Below, piece after piece: positions 36,493 to 46,171 of a stretch of 49,080 bases of DNA. The position numbers were made by a program, and so were the translations under genes. The notes under the pieces are model-generated. The model saw only the letters and a list, made by a program, of their open reading frames with translations. It did no database searches and was not told the origin of the DNA. Origin of the DNA: Candidatus Saccharimonadota bacterium (GTDB lineage: Bacteria; Patescibacteriota; Saccharimonadia; Saccharimonadales; JAGQNK01); the NCBI GenBank assembly GCA_020428105.1, contig JAGQNK010000015.1, positions 1,209-50,288 on the forward strand, read 5' to 3'. How positions within the stretch are numbered: the stretch's first letter is position 1; the number at the start of each line of letters is the position of its first letter.

Positions 36493-37986
36493 ATGTTAAA
36501 AATACGAGCCTCTCAGTTAGCTGGGCTTACAGATGTCATAACGGTTGCTATTGCTAGCCGTGTATTCTTTGGGTTCATCCTCCTAATGTCGGTGGTGCAA
36601 GGTATGTGGTACGCCCTAAGCTTCCGCCCCTTTATATTTGATGAGCCGCGACACATACAGTTTATAGATATGTATACTCATACGTTAAATCCACTTATTA
36701 GTGTGCAGACTCAAAACTTGGATGTTTTAGGACAGGTTGCCCGTGAGCCGTCTTATCTCTACTACTATGCTATGAGTTTTCCTTTACGTTTTTTTCATCT
36801 AATAACGGACAGTCAGCAGGCACATATTATTTTACTTAGATTTGTAAGTATAGGAATATTTGTGGTTTCGCTACTCTTACTTAAAAAGTTGTTTGATGAA
36901 ATTGGTCTGTCAAAAGCCATTTCTAATCTAGTATTATTTATATTTATCATGCTGCCCGTAACAGGGACAATTATTGGTTCAGTGACGTATGATACGGCAG
37001 TTCTACCCCTAATATTTCTGATGCTTCTGTGTACGACTAGAGTTTTGAGATCAAAGCAAATCAATGTAAGGCTTGTACTGTTTTTTTATGTAATCGCTTG
37101 TGTTGCGTCTGTTATAAAGTACACATCATTACCTATAGCAGTCACGTGTACATTTATAATTTTTCATCACTATGGCAGATACTATAAGACAGACTTTAAA
37201 AAGTTATTTAAGCACTGTCAGAACCAGCTGACTACACAGAGGCCGATTATTAATATAATACTTGGTTTGATTCTTGTTGCTGCCACATTCGTTGCTATAG
37301 AAAGGCCCATCAAAAACATGGTCTCTTATCACAATATATCCCCTAGTTGTGCGAGGACTTTACCCCCGGTTGAGGCAGAGTCACGTTGTATCAAGAACTA
37401 TACGTATAAACGAGATGTAGAATTTAAAAAAGATAAGCCAGCAGACTTTGCTGCTGTCGATCAGACTAGGTATTTCTTGACGACCTGGGTGCCGGGTATG
37501 CTGTATACATCTGAGCAACAGTATCCTGGAGCATCCGCGGTAAGGTTTAGCCGTCATTTTCATAATATGCTATTTCTTGCCGGGCTAGCACTAATATTGC
37601 TGGCATTGAGAGAGGCCCTGCGGAGGAATAAACTGCTACATGTATTATTATGGACAACTATTGCCTATAGTTTCTCAGTTTTCCTGTCAAACTACGACGG
37701 ATACGCTAGGCTAGGTAAACCGGTCGCCATTAATGCACGGTATCTATTGCCAGTACTGCCCTTGTTTATAGGAATCCTGCTTTTTAGCTGTTCCATACTG
37801 TTTAAACGAAATGGCCATAAACTAGTACTAGTTTCGCTACTCATATATATACTTACCTTAACGCAGGGCGGGGGAATTATTTCATACATAATGAACGGTA
37901 ACAACAATATCTATTGGCCACACAATGTTGTGATAAGGGCTAATGATACTGCAAAGTTAGTTTTGTCGAAGATAGTACTACAATGA
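36493..37986 (+). CDS. GT-C-fold (ArnT/PMT-like) multi-TM glycosyltransferase
   Basis: TM1 followed by PFIFDEPRH (acidic DE loop), REPSYLYY, ~11 TMs, INARYLLP; paralog of 46172-47680. Confidence 0.65.
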   Translation: MLKIRASQLAGLTDVITVAIASRVFFGFILLMSVVQGMWYALSFRPFIFDEPRHIQFIDMYTHTLNPLISVQTQNLDVLGQVAREPSYLYYYAMSFPLRFFHLITDSQQAHIILLRFVSIGIFVVSLLLLKKLFDEIGLSKAISNLVLFIFIMLPVTGTIIGSVTYDTAVLPLIFLMLLCTTRVLRSKQINVRLVLFFYVIACVASVIKYTSLPIAVTCTFIIFHHYGRYYKTDFKKLFKHCQNQLTTQRPIINIILGLILVAATFVAIERPIKNMVSYHNISPSCARTLPPVEAESRCIKNYTYKRDVEFKKDKPADFAAVDQTRYFLTTWVPGMLYTSEQQYPGASAVRFSRHFHNMLFLAGLALILLALREALRRNKLLHVLLWTTIAYSFSVFLSNYDGYARLGKPVAINARYLLPVLPLFIGILLFSCSILFKRNGHKLVLVSLLIYILTLTQGGGIISYIMNGNNNIYWPHNVVIRANDTAKLVLSKIVLQ

Positions 37987-38011
37987 TAGATGTACTATCT
38001 TGTCGGTATAG

Positions 38012-38542
38012 TTACTTCCTGGCTTCGATGTAGTAGGTGTAGGGATACTGACGGATGCCCTTGTACTCTAGCTTAACCTTCCGAAAATCTCCTAGTATTT
38101 TGCGTAATGCGTGTTCGGTAAATCTCCAATAATCACCAGGCTCGTCGTGGAGAGGGTAGAAAGTGGGGACGGCAATGACCGCTATACCATTCTTCTTGAG
38201 GGATTTATATATGTTGTCAACAGCCTTCTGAAAGTCATATACATGCTCTAGAACGTTTAGGCACAGAATTATATCAAACTCATCTCTATACTTCATCTTC
38301 GTGACATCAAGAACTGTATGGCCAAAATCCTTGTTTACATCTGTCTGCAGGAAAGTATTTGACTCATCAAAGAATCGCTTCATTGAGTAATAATAGTATC
38401 CGTTTCTTTTTATGCCACTTCCTACTTCTAGAATTTTCTTCTTCCGTTTATCGGTGGCAAAATCTCTAACTTTGTTATTATGATAACGGCGTATGCCGCT
38501 TATTGTGTTTGCCGCCCTTCTTCCTATTTCCTTTCGTATCAT
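38012..38542 (-). CDS. Class I SAM-dependent methyltransferase
   Basis: ILEVGSG, FDIILCLNVLEHV, LHDEPGDYWRFT. Confidence 0.85.
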   Translation of the reverse strand: MIRKEIGRRAANTISGIRRYHNNKVRDFATDKRKKKILEVGSGIKRNGYYYYSMKRFFDESNTFLQTDVNKDFGHTVLDVTKMKYRDEFDIILCLNVLEHVYDFQKAVDNIYKSLKKNGIAVIAVPTFYPLHDEPGDYWRFTEHALRKILGDFRKVKLEYKGIRQYPYTYYIEARK

Positions 38543-38549
38543 GGCAGTA

Positions 38550-39824
38550 TTATATAACTCGTCCTTTCGAGTTTTTATCCCGGGCGTCTAACTCTAATGA
38601 ATCAAACAAGTCCAAGTGTTTTCTTGCAACAGCTTTCCATTCAAATTGTTTTGACATTGTTCGTACATTACGATAAAAAGCACGGCTATCCCCATTTAGG
38701 ATTTCTGTGGCTTTAGTTAGCTTGGAGAGCAAGTCGTTTTTGGATTCTGATTGAAACACAAAGCCATCAATACCATCGGTAATAACCTCCTGTGCACCAG
38801 TTACATTGCTGACTATTGTAATTTTTTCGTTTAGTACTGCTTCCATGAAGACAACCGGCAGCCCCTCGGAGTAGCCATTACTTATCCTAGAAGGGATAAT
38901 AACAATATCTGCTAATCCCAGAGCATTGTCCTTTATTTTTCCAGAAACAAAACCCATGAATCTAATATACTTAGAAATACCTAACAGGGTTGCTTGTGCT
39001 TCAAGCTTGGCACGCTCTGGACCATCACCGCAAATCAGTACTCGATAACGTTCTTTTTCCTTTATTTTTGCAAATGCATCTAGTACGATATCGAAGCCTT
39101 TTATGTCTACAAGGCGTCCCATGAGTAGAATAATTGTTTTGCCCGTAAGATCATAGGACTTCCTGGTGGATTTTAACGTTTTTATCGATACAGGGTGTTT
39201 TTCTGTGCCCATTGGTATGATGTGGAGTTTGTCGGTGATTATTTGTCTATTGTCTGCATTGGCAAAGTATAGTAGTTTTTTGGCGGTTTGCTGAGATACT
39301 GCCGTATAACAAGCAGCTTGCTTGCAAGCCCATGTCACCAGTTTTCTACTAAACGGCAAACGTTTCAATACGATAACATCAGAGGCGTGGGTAGTAAAAA
39401 CAAAAGGGGTCCTAGTAAGCTTAGCGACCAGTGCGGTAGTGATACCTTGAGGGGTAAACCAGTGGGCGTAAAGTAGGTCTGGTTGTATTTTTCGAGTGAG
39501 TCTATATGTAGCAAGAAACTCACATAAAAATAAAAATGGTATTTGTAAAAATAGTAACTTGTTTTGTTGTAGTGCAGGCTGTATCCCGCGGCCTGTAAGG
39601 AGTTCCCATCGAGATGGCCAGAAGTAATGAAATCGATGCTCTGTGTATCCAGGGTGCTTGGTATGATTTTTGGTTTTACTGTATATGTTGTGTGGTGCAA
39701 GTATGTCAATTTCTATGGTAGGCGCTAGCTTTTTTAGCCAAATCGCCTGATCACTTACAAAGCCCGGAACTGGGTCAGAGTCTGATGTTGGGAGTGTTGA
39801 TGTTACAATTAGGATCTTTTTCAC
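38550..39824 (-). CDS. GT4-family glycosyltransferase
   Basis: YAHWFTPQG, GRLVDIKGF, GDGPER, EGLPVVFMEA. Confidence 0.88.
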   Translation of the reverse strand: MKKILIVTSTLPTSDSDPVPGFVSDQAIWLKKLAPTIEIDILAPHNIYSKTKNHTKHPGYTEHRFHYFWPSRWELLTGRGIQPALQQNKLLFLQIPFLFLCEFLATYRLTRKIQPDLLYAHWFTPQGITTALVAKLTRTPFVFTTHASDVIVLKRLPFSRKLVTWACKQAACYTAVSQQTAKKLLYFANADNRQIITDKLHIIPMGTEKHPVSIKTLKSTRKSYDLTGKTIILLMGRLVDIKGFDIVLDAFAKIKEKERYRVLICGDGPERAKLEAQATLLGISKYIRFMGFVSGKIKDNALGLADIVIIPSRISNGYSEGLPVVFMEAVLNEKITIVSNVTGAQEVITDGIDGFVFQSESKNDLLSKLTKATEILNGDSRAFYRNVRTMSKQFEWKAVARKHLDLFDSLELDARDKNSKGRVI

Positions 39825-40780
39825 TATAATATGTCTCCTTTGCCAATATATTTATCAGCTCCTATAGAGAATACAAACAAAATAAACAAGGTAATAAAGT
39901 ATACAACTCTGTCTATTGTTGAAGCCACAATAATATCGCTTGTAGTAAGCATCATTTGGCTTTGAGCAATGAGTAGTATACCCTCCCTGATTCCGAGCCC
40001 GCCTGGTGTGAGTGCAATAAGGATTGTGAATTGTGTAAGCCCTGTGTATACAAGCAAGCTACCCATACTTATATGAGCTCCAACTACTGACAGCTCGACC
40101 CCAAATGCAAGAAGACCACCAATGAGGTACACGAGTGTTGCTATAACCAGAGCACTAATAGGCTTAAGTTGAATGAACTTTGTATAAGTCAACATCAGTT
40201 TCTGTAAAGCCTTGGCAATCTTCGGGAGAAGTTTGATAAATAAGAATAGTGTTACTACCCCCAAAGCTAGTACTAGCAAAACAAAAAGTGGCCAAATAAA
40301 TCCTAGTAGCACAAACCCGACCATAATAAAAGAGCCGGCGAGCCCAAACAATATGATGTATTGAATGACACTTGCACTAAGGTAGTTTTTTATTGATATA
40401 TTGTACTGGGTTTTTAAATATACGCCACGAACGCCAAAGCCACCCTGCAGGAACCCAAAGAAATTAACGACAGATGAATACGCACCAATTTTAGTAGCGT
40501 TTATAAGAGGTATTTTTTTATTAAAAAACATACCAAGAGCGATAATTACCAGGACGTTACCAAACACTGCTATCATCTGACCTATTAATACAAGAGCCAA
40601 TTCGATTATAGAAAGGGAACGGATTTTTGCAAACTCACCGTGATTATCCAGGAAGTACCATGTAAATAGCACAAGCGTAGCTATAAGAAGTACGATTTGG
40701 ATAGCAGGCCTAATTTTAGGATGCTTAATTATTCGTATAACATTATTGTATCGCTGTGTAGTTTGCGAAGACACTACCAT
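39824..40780 (-). CDS. Lysylphosphatidylglycerol-synthase-TM / flippase-like membrane protein
   Basis: About 8 TMs with the TPGGLGIREG motif of the UPF0104/AglD2-like family. Confidence 0.75.
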   Translation of the reverse strand: MVVSSQTTQRYNNVIRIIKHPKIRPAIQIVLLIATLVLFTWYFLDNHGEFAKIRSLSIIELALVLIGQMIAVFGNVLVIIALGMFFNKKIPLINATKIGAYSSVVNFFGFLQGGFGVRGVYLKTQYNISIKNYLSASVIQYIILFGLAGSFIMVGFVLLGFIWPLFVLLVLALGVVTLFLFIKLLPKIAKALQKLMLTYTKFIQLKPISALVIATLVYLIGGLLAFGVELSVVGAHISMGSLLVYTGLTQFTILIALTPGGLGIREGILLIAQSQMMLTTSDIIVASTIDRVVYFITLFILFVFSIGADKYIGKGDIL

Positions 40781-42054
40781 TAAGTCCCTATGCCTAGGTA
40801 GACCACACCCTTATTCAGGAATGTGCCTTTGTATTTAGTAAGAAATCCTCGCCCGTCAAGTATAACAGCTGCAGAAAGCGAATCATTTTTCGGAATGTTA
40901 ACAAACTCATTATGTGAGGTTACTACTATGATACCTTCTTGACTAGTGATAGCCTCCTCAAGTGTTTTTACATCTGATTTTCCTAGAATGTATGGGTCGT
41001 AGGCGGTGACTATAGCACCACGCTCTTTAAGCGTGTCTATGACTCGGTATGAAGGGCTTTCGCGGTCATCTGCCACATTTGCTTTGTACGACAAGCCAAG
41101 AACAGCCACACATGCGCCTTTAAGTGTTTTTCCTGTTTTCTGTATAAGGGCTTGTTCGAGCTTGTCGACAGAATAAATCGGCATAGACTCATTGATATTG
41201 CGAGCAAGCGACAAGAACTTGTGTTCAAAGCCATTTGTACGTGCGTATTCAATGAGATAATACGGATCAACTGGAATACAATGTCCACCCACGCCAATAC
41301 CGGGGTAGTGTGCCATAAACGCGAATGGTTTGGTGGCTGCACCATCAATGACGTTAAACACATTTATGCCAAGCTTATCAAAAGACATGGCCAGCTCGTT
41401 GACGAATGCAATATTGATATCTCGGAAAGAATTTTCGACAACTTTACAGGCTTCGGCTTCCTTGAGTGACTCCATTTTTTTGATTTTGGCATCAATAAGC
41501 TTATCGTAGAATGAGTATGCTAGTTCAAGTCCTTTGTCGGTATGTGCGCCAACAACACGGTTTATGTTACCAACATGCCATTTTGGGTCGCCGGGGTTAA
41601 TACGCTCAGGACAGTGAGCAAGATAGAGTGTCTTACCTACAATGTGGTTAGTTTCTGCCTCAATGAGCGGAATTATTACTTCATCACAAACACCTGGGTT
41701 GATGGTTGATTCAACAATAAGCAGACTACCGGGCTTCAGGTTTTTTGCAGCACTTACGGCTGCTGATTTGACTAGACTTAGATCTGGGTTTTTGGCTTTG
41801 TCTACGGGTGTTGGAACGCACACAATCGCTATATCGATGCTTTCTAGCAATCCAAAATCATCAGAAAATATAACCTTTGATTCTTTTATCTGCCTTTTTG
41901 CAATCTCATCGTCTATTACCGACTCATGGTTTTTTAGCTTGGAGAGTTTTTTCTTGTCCAGATCAATACCTGTGACGTGAAAGCCCTTTTCGTCTGCTAG
42001 TAGTGCTAGAGGCAACCCTACATAGCCTAGTCCTATAACCCCAACTCTTTGCAT
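40780..42054 (-). CDS. UDP-N-acetylhexosamine 6-dehydrogenase (WbpA/TviB/WecC family)
   Basis: GLGYVGLP, CVPTP, ESTINPG, PERINPG, GVGGHCIPVDP, GLSYKANVADDRES. Confidence 0.88.
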   Translation of the reverse strand: MQRVGVIGLGYVGLPLALLADEKGFHVTGIDLDKKKLSKLKNHESVIDDEIAKRQIKESKVIFSDDFGLLESIDIAIVCVPTPVDKAKNPDLSLVKSAAVSAAKNLKPGSLLIVESTINPGVCDEVIIPLIEAETNHIVGKTLYLAHCPERINPGDPKWHVGNINRVVGAHTDKGLELAYSFYDKLIDAKIKKMESLKEAEACKVVENSFRDINIAFVNELAMSFDKLGINVFNVIDGAATKPFAFMAHYPGIGVGGHCIPVDPYYLIEYARTNGFEHKFLSLARNINESMPIYSVDKLEQALIQKTGKTLKGACVAVLGLSYKANVADDRESPSYRVIDTLKERGAIVTAYDPYILGKSDVKTLEEAITSQEGIIVVTSHNEFVNIPKNDSLSAAVILDGRGFLTKYKGTFLNKGVVYLGIGT

Positions 42055-42116
42055 AGACTAGATTATAAACTAGAATGACAGTAAAATGGTATCAAAGGGA
42101 GAAATAACAACATCTT

Positions 42117-43088
42117 ATGGCAGTAAAACTCATAGTATTTTCTATCTGTAAAGACGAAGCTGAGACAATTGCAGAAGTTTTGAATCGTATACCTAAAAAA
42201 ATTAAGGGCATTGATACTATTGAAAGTCTGGTGATCAGTGATGGTAGCACAGACGGCACGGCACAGATTGCAAAAAAATCTGGAGCGACAAAAGTGATCG
42301 AGGGTAACCATCAGAAACGTCTCGCTTATCGATTTGAACAAGCAATCGATACCGTATTGAGTATGGGGGCAGATGTTGCGGTAAATATTGATGGTGATCT
42401 CCAGTTTGCCCCAGAAGATATTCCAAAGCTATTAAACCCAATTTTACATGATGGGGCTGATTTTGTTGCTGCCGATAGATTTACGGATAGCGTTACAGGT
42501 AAAAAGCGTCGCCCCAAAGGTATGCCAGGCGGTAAGTATTGGGCTAATCGTTTGGGTGCATGGATTGTAGGGAGCTTATCGCAACAACAGTTTCATGATG
42601 TTACTTGTGGCTTTAGGGCATACACCAGGAAGGCCATGTTAGCCATTAATATCAATAGTAATTATACCTATACACAAGAATCATTTCAGGTGCTTGCCGT
42701 CAAAAAAATGAACATTGTGGCTGTGCCAATTGATGTAAAATATTATGCTGGCCGTAAGTCACGCGTGGTCCGGAGTTTTTGGCAATTTCTATTTGGTAGC
42801 GCTGTTAATATCCTGAGGGCGTTTCGTGACTATGCGCCGCTTCGGTTTTTTGGTGGTCTCGGTATTTTATTAATTATTCCGGGCGTTCTAATGGCCGGGT
42901 TTACGGTAGTTCATTGGCTACAAACAGGTCGGCTTAGTCCGTATATCTCAATAGGGGCTATTGGTCTATATCTTATAACTATGGCATTTATTGTGTGGGC
43001 GCTTGGCTTAGTAGCGGACATGCTAGATAGGCTTCTAAATAACCAAGAAAAGATACTAGAAGAGACCAAACGCCTCAAGTATAAATAA
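42117..43088 (+). CDS. GT2 polyprenyl-phosphate glycosyltransferase (ArnC/DPM1-like) with two C-terminal TMs
   Basis: ISDGSTDGT, NIDGDLQF, DVTCGFRAY, two TMs. Confidence 0.85.
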   Translation: MAVKLIVFSICKDEAETIAEVLNRIPKKIKGIDTIESLVISDGSTDGTAQIAKKSGATKVIEGNHQKRLAYRFEQAIDTVLSMGADVAVNIDGDLQFAPEDIPKLLNPILHDGADFVAADRFTDSVTGKKRRPKGMPGGKYWANRLGAWIVGSLSQQQFHDVTCGFRAYTRKAMLAININSNYTYTQESFQVLAVKKMNIVAVPIDVKYYAGRKSRVVRSFWQFLFGSAVNILRAFRDYAPLRFFGGLGILLIIPGVLMAGFTVVHWLQTGRLSPYISIGAIGLYLITMAFIVWALGLVADMLDRLLNNQEKILEETKRLKYK

Positions 43089-43323
43089 TTAGAAGTTGTA
43101 GTTATTCGCTAAGAATATTTACTCAACACTTTTCCGTAGAGATAAACTGACATACATTCCGATAACGACTATAGTGATTGGAACAATTCGAAATTCTTGT
43201 CTTTACTACGAAACTCCATACCCATGCTCGAATTCATCGATCCGCAATCGTTTGATAGAGTTTAGCCAAAACTACAACGAAACTCTGGCACTGTGATATC
43301 CATGAATTTGCTATCATATAGCC

Positions 43324-44376
43324 ATGATTACCGTAATTATTGCCGGAGGGTCCGGTACGCGACTGTGGCCACTATCAACTCCCAGCTATCCAAAGCACCT
43401 TCTAAAAATTAATGGCGACGAACGAACATTGATTCAAAACACGTATGAAAGAGCCAAACGCATCAGCGACACCGTATACGTGATTACCGAGACAGGGCAT
43501 GCTCACCTTGTAAAGGAGCAGCTGCCTGAGCTGGGCAACGATGCATTTGTTATCGAACCGGCCAGACGGGGCACTGCTAGCTGTATAGTTGCTGCCCTGG
43601 TGCATGTTTCTGCTAAGCATCCATCTGATGAGCCAATAGCAGTATTGTCGGCCGATCATTACATTCGTGATGCAGATGGTTTTGCGCATAGCTTCAAAAT
43701 CGCGGGCGAGGCATCAAAAGAATCTGGCAGAATTGTTCTCGTAGGCGTAGAACCTGACTATCCAGCTACGGGCTTTGGTTACATACAGAAAGATGGCATA
43801 TACGACGAAGAATCATTTGTATTCGACGTGCACTCATTCAAAGAAAAGCCAGAGTACAATGTGGCACAGGACTATGTCCGAAGCGGCAATTACCTCTGGA
43901 ACTGTGGTTATTTTGTAGGGTCTGTCGATACATTTAGGCGCAGTATGCAGCAACACGCACCAGAGTTACATGAAAATATTCAAAAATTACTTGATTCTAA
44001 AGATGAAGATTCATATCGTGAAACATACTTATCATTCGAAAACAACACGATTGACTATGGCTTGATAGAGAAGGTGGATGACCTGCTGGTTATTCCTGCG
44101 GCCTTTGACTGGATGGATATGGGCTCGTTTGGTGATCTGCACAAAGCGGCGGAAAGTGATGAGCAGGGCAATCATACGCACGGCGACGTGGAGCTCGATG
44201 ATGTCGAAAACTCTTTCGTGCAGAATTACGAAGGTAAACCACTAGCAGTCATAGGTCTCGATAATGTGGCTGTCATAAATACGCCCGACGGCGTGCTCGT
44301 GACCAGGAAGGACCTAGCACAAAAAGTTGGCGAAGTGAGTAAGCGAATCAATGCAAAAAAAGAGGGGAAGAAATGA
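43324..44376 (+). CDS. manC: Mannose-1-phosphate guanylyltransferase (monofunctional)
   Basis: IAGGSGTRLWPLS, PKHLL, EPARRGTA, ADHYI, TGFGYI, FKEKP, WNCGYF; no cupin PMI domain. Confidence 0.92.
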   Translation: MITVIIAGGSGTRLWPLSTPSYPKHLLKINGDERTLIQNTYERAKRISDTVYVITETGHAHLVKEQLPELGNDAFVIEPARRGTASCIVAALVHVSAKHPSDEPIAVLSADHYIRDADGFAHSFKIAGEASKESGRIVLVGVEPDYPATGFGYIQKDGIYDEESFVFDVHSFKEKPEYNVAQDYVRSGNYLWNCGYFVGSVDTFRRSMQQHAPELHENIQKLLDSKDEDSYRETYLSFENNTIDYGLIEKVDDLLVIPAAFDWMDMGSFGDLHKAAESDEQGNHTHGDVELDDVENSFVQNYEGKPLAVIGLDNVAVINTPDGVLVTRKDLAQKVGEVSKRINAKKEGKK

Positions 44377-45134
44377 AGAAGGTTATTGCATTTGATTTGG
44401 ATGACACGCTCGCGGTTACAAAGTCACCAATAAGTGACCGAATGAGCGAGCTATTGATTGATTTACTGGAAAAATATGAGGTTTGTATCATATCCGGTGG
44501 AAAGTTTGAGCAGTTCAAAAAACAAGTTGTAGATAGGCTAGAGGCTTCCCCGCTTCAGCTACGCAAGCTGCATCTAATGCCTACCTGCGGTACGCGTTAT
44601 TACAGATATGACGAGATAGAAAAGGACTGGAAGCTTCGCTATGCAGAGGATTTGACGGCTAAAGAACGCAAGATGATTATTGATATTACCGAGAAATCTG
44701 CCAAAGAAATGAATATGTGGGAAGCTAACCCGTACGGTGATATTATCGAAGACCGTGGTAGTCAGATATCTATTTCTTTCCTTGGTCAATTGGCCCCAGC
44801 TGAGGAGAAATACGCGTGGGCAGAGAAAAATTCCGAGCGGCGTTTGGCTCTGCGCTCGGTTTTGGCGGAGAAACTACCAGATTTTGAAGTACGTGCTGGT
44901 GGTTCCACGACCATTGATATCACCCGTATTGGTATTGACAAGGCTTATGGCATGGAGAAGCTCATAGACACATTGGATGTTAGTAAAGAGGACGTATTGT
45001 TCATTGGCGACAAGCTAGAGGAGGGCGGAAATGATTTTCCGGTAAAGGCTATGGGGATCGATACTATTGCCGTCGAGCGCTGGGAAGACACAGCACTTGT
45101 TATAGAGACTCTTGTACGGGTCGCTGGTCGTTAA
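44373..45134 (+). CDS. HAD-IIB phosphomannomutase (eukaryotic PMM-like)
   Basis: FDLDDTL, ISGG, EDRGSQIS, IDKAYG, GDKLEEGGND; overlaps manC. Confidence 0.82.
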   Translation: MKKVIAFDLDDTLAVTKSPISDRMSELLIDLLEKYEVCIISGGKFEQFKKQVVDRLEASPLQLRKLHLMPTCGTRYYRYDEIEKDWKLRYAEDLTAKERKMIIDITEKSAKEMNMWEANPYGDIIEDRGSQISISFLGQLAPAEEKYAWAEKNSERRLALRSVLAEKLPDFEVRAGGSTTIDITRIGIDKAYGMEKLIDTLDVSKEDVLFIGDKLEEGGNDFPVKAMGIDTIAVERWEDTALVIETLVRVAGR

Positions 45135-45229
45135 TTGCGTAGTTGACACAATGACAACAAAATAGTGTTGATTATTTAATATTCATACTATTAAATAACT
45201 TACACGAAGCTTAAGTAGGGGTTGTTGTT

Positions 45230-46126
45230 ATGGTTAGGGTAGTCTATCGACATAATCAGGGTTCGTTCAGGATTACGCACAAAGCTTTGGTGCTGTTTGT
45301 GTTCCTGGCAGGAGTATTAATTTCGAGCGCTGGATTGATTTTGAGGTCACATTATTTTGCGGGTGCGGCAATTTCGCCGAGATCAACGGATGATCTTTGG
45401 TACACTGCCAACGCTATAGATACTGGGTATAACAAGGATGTGGGATGCAACCTTGATCAGTATGGATACTGTTTGAGGAATTGTACTAGCTACACGGCTC
45501 AAAGGTTAGGCGCCGCTGGGGTTAAGGCAGACATCCTGAGTGGGTTAGGCAATGGTGGGTCGTGGTATAGTTCGGCTTTTGCCAAGGGTGTTTCCGTAGG
45601 GTCTGTTCCCAAGATTGGTGCCGCCGCAGTAATTACAGGATCGCCAGGTCACGTTGGTTTCGTAACGGCTGTGCATTCAAACGGTTCTATAGATGTTGCT
45701 AGCTATAATGGTGGTATAGAGCAACCGCAGTTTGAAAACAACGTAACACGCTATAGTCATTTTGTATATTTTTCCAACGTAGGATCATCATCTGATGCAG
45801 AAATGCATAGTAAAGAAGACATACTAAGCGTTGAGCTGGATAGCGAGGGTTTGGCTCGCTACATGCTCGGTAAATCTAACGGTAACGGCACATTCAGCTG
45901 GGGTTATACGAATCTCAAGAGTATGGGTAAGCCAAGCTTTATGCAGTTAGGTGATGTAACGGGAGACGGCAAAGCAGATATTGTTGCCGTAGAAGTGCCG
46001 GCTGGTCAACCGGCTCGCTACATGCTCGGTAAATCTAACGGTAACGGCACATTCAGCTGGGGTTATACGAATCTCAAGAGTATGACTGTACCCTTTCTTG
46101 TTGGGATAGGGCCGATAGGAGAGTAG
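45230..46126 (+). CDS. Secreted CHAP-domain protein with two FG-GAP/VCBS-like repeats
   Basis: N-terminal TM; RNCTSY, GNGGSW, GHVGFV; LGDVTGDGKADIV repeat motif. Confidence 0.8.
   Translation: MVRVVYRHNQGSFRITHKALVLFVFLAGVLISSAGLILRSHYFAGAAISPRSTDDLWYTANAIDTGYNKDVGCNLDQYGYCLRNCTSYTAQRLGAAGVKADILSGLGNGGSWYSSAFAKGVSVGSVPKIGAAAVITGSPGHVGFVTAVHSNGSIDVASYNGGIEQPQFENNVTRYSHFVYFSNVGSSSDAEMHSKEDILSVELDSEGLARYMLGKSNGNGTFSWGYTNLKSMGKPSFMQLGDVTGDGKADIVAVEVPAGQPARYMLGKSNGNGTFSWGYTNLKSMTVPFLVGIGPIGE
45853..46084 (+). repeat. Exact 73-bp internal duplication (159-nt offset)
   Basis: 45853-45925 is identical to 46012-46084 and encodes ARYMLGKSNGNGTFSWGYTNLKSM twice. Confidence 0.93.
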
Positions 46127-46171
46127 GCATGGTGTATCTTGATAACTTACTCAGTTTGCTATAGTTAATGG

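Noticed and set aside
43089-43323. 235-nt spacer with a short repeat (CGAAACTC twice) as ncRNA or gene remnant
   Set aside because: Only very short ORFs in the frames I checked, no convincing stems, and an 8-9 nt repeat can arise by chance.
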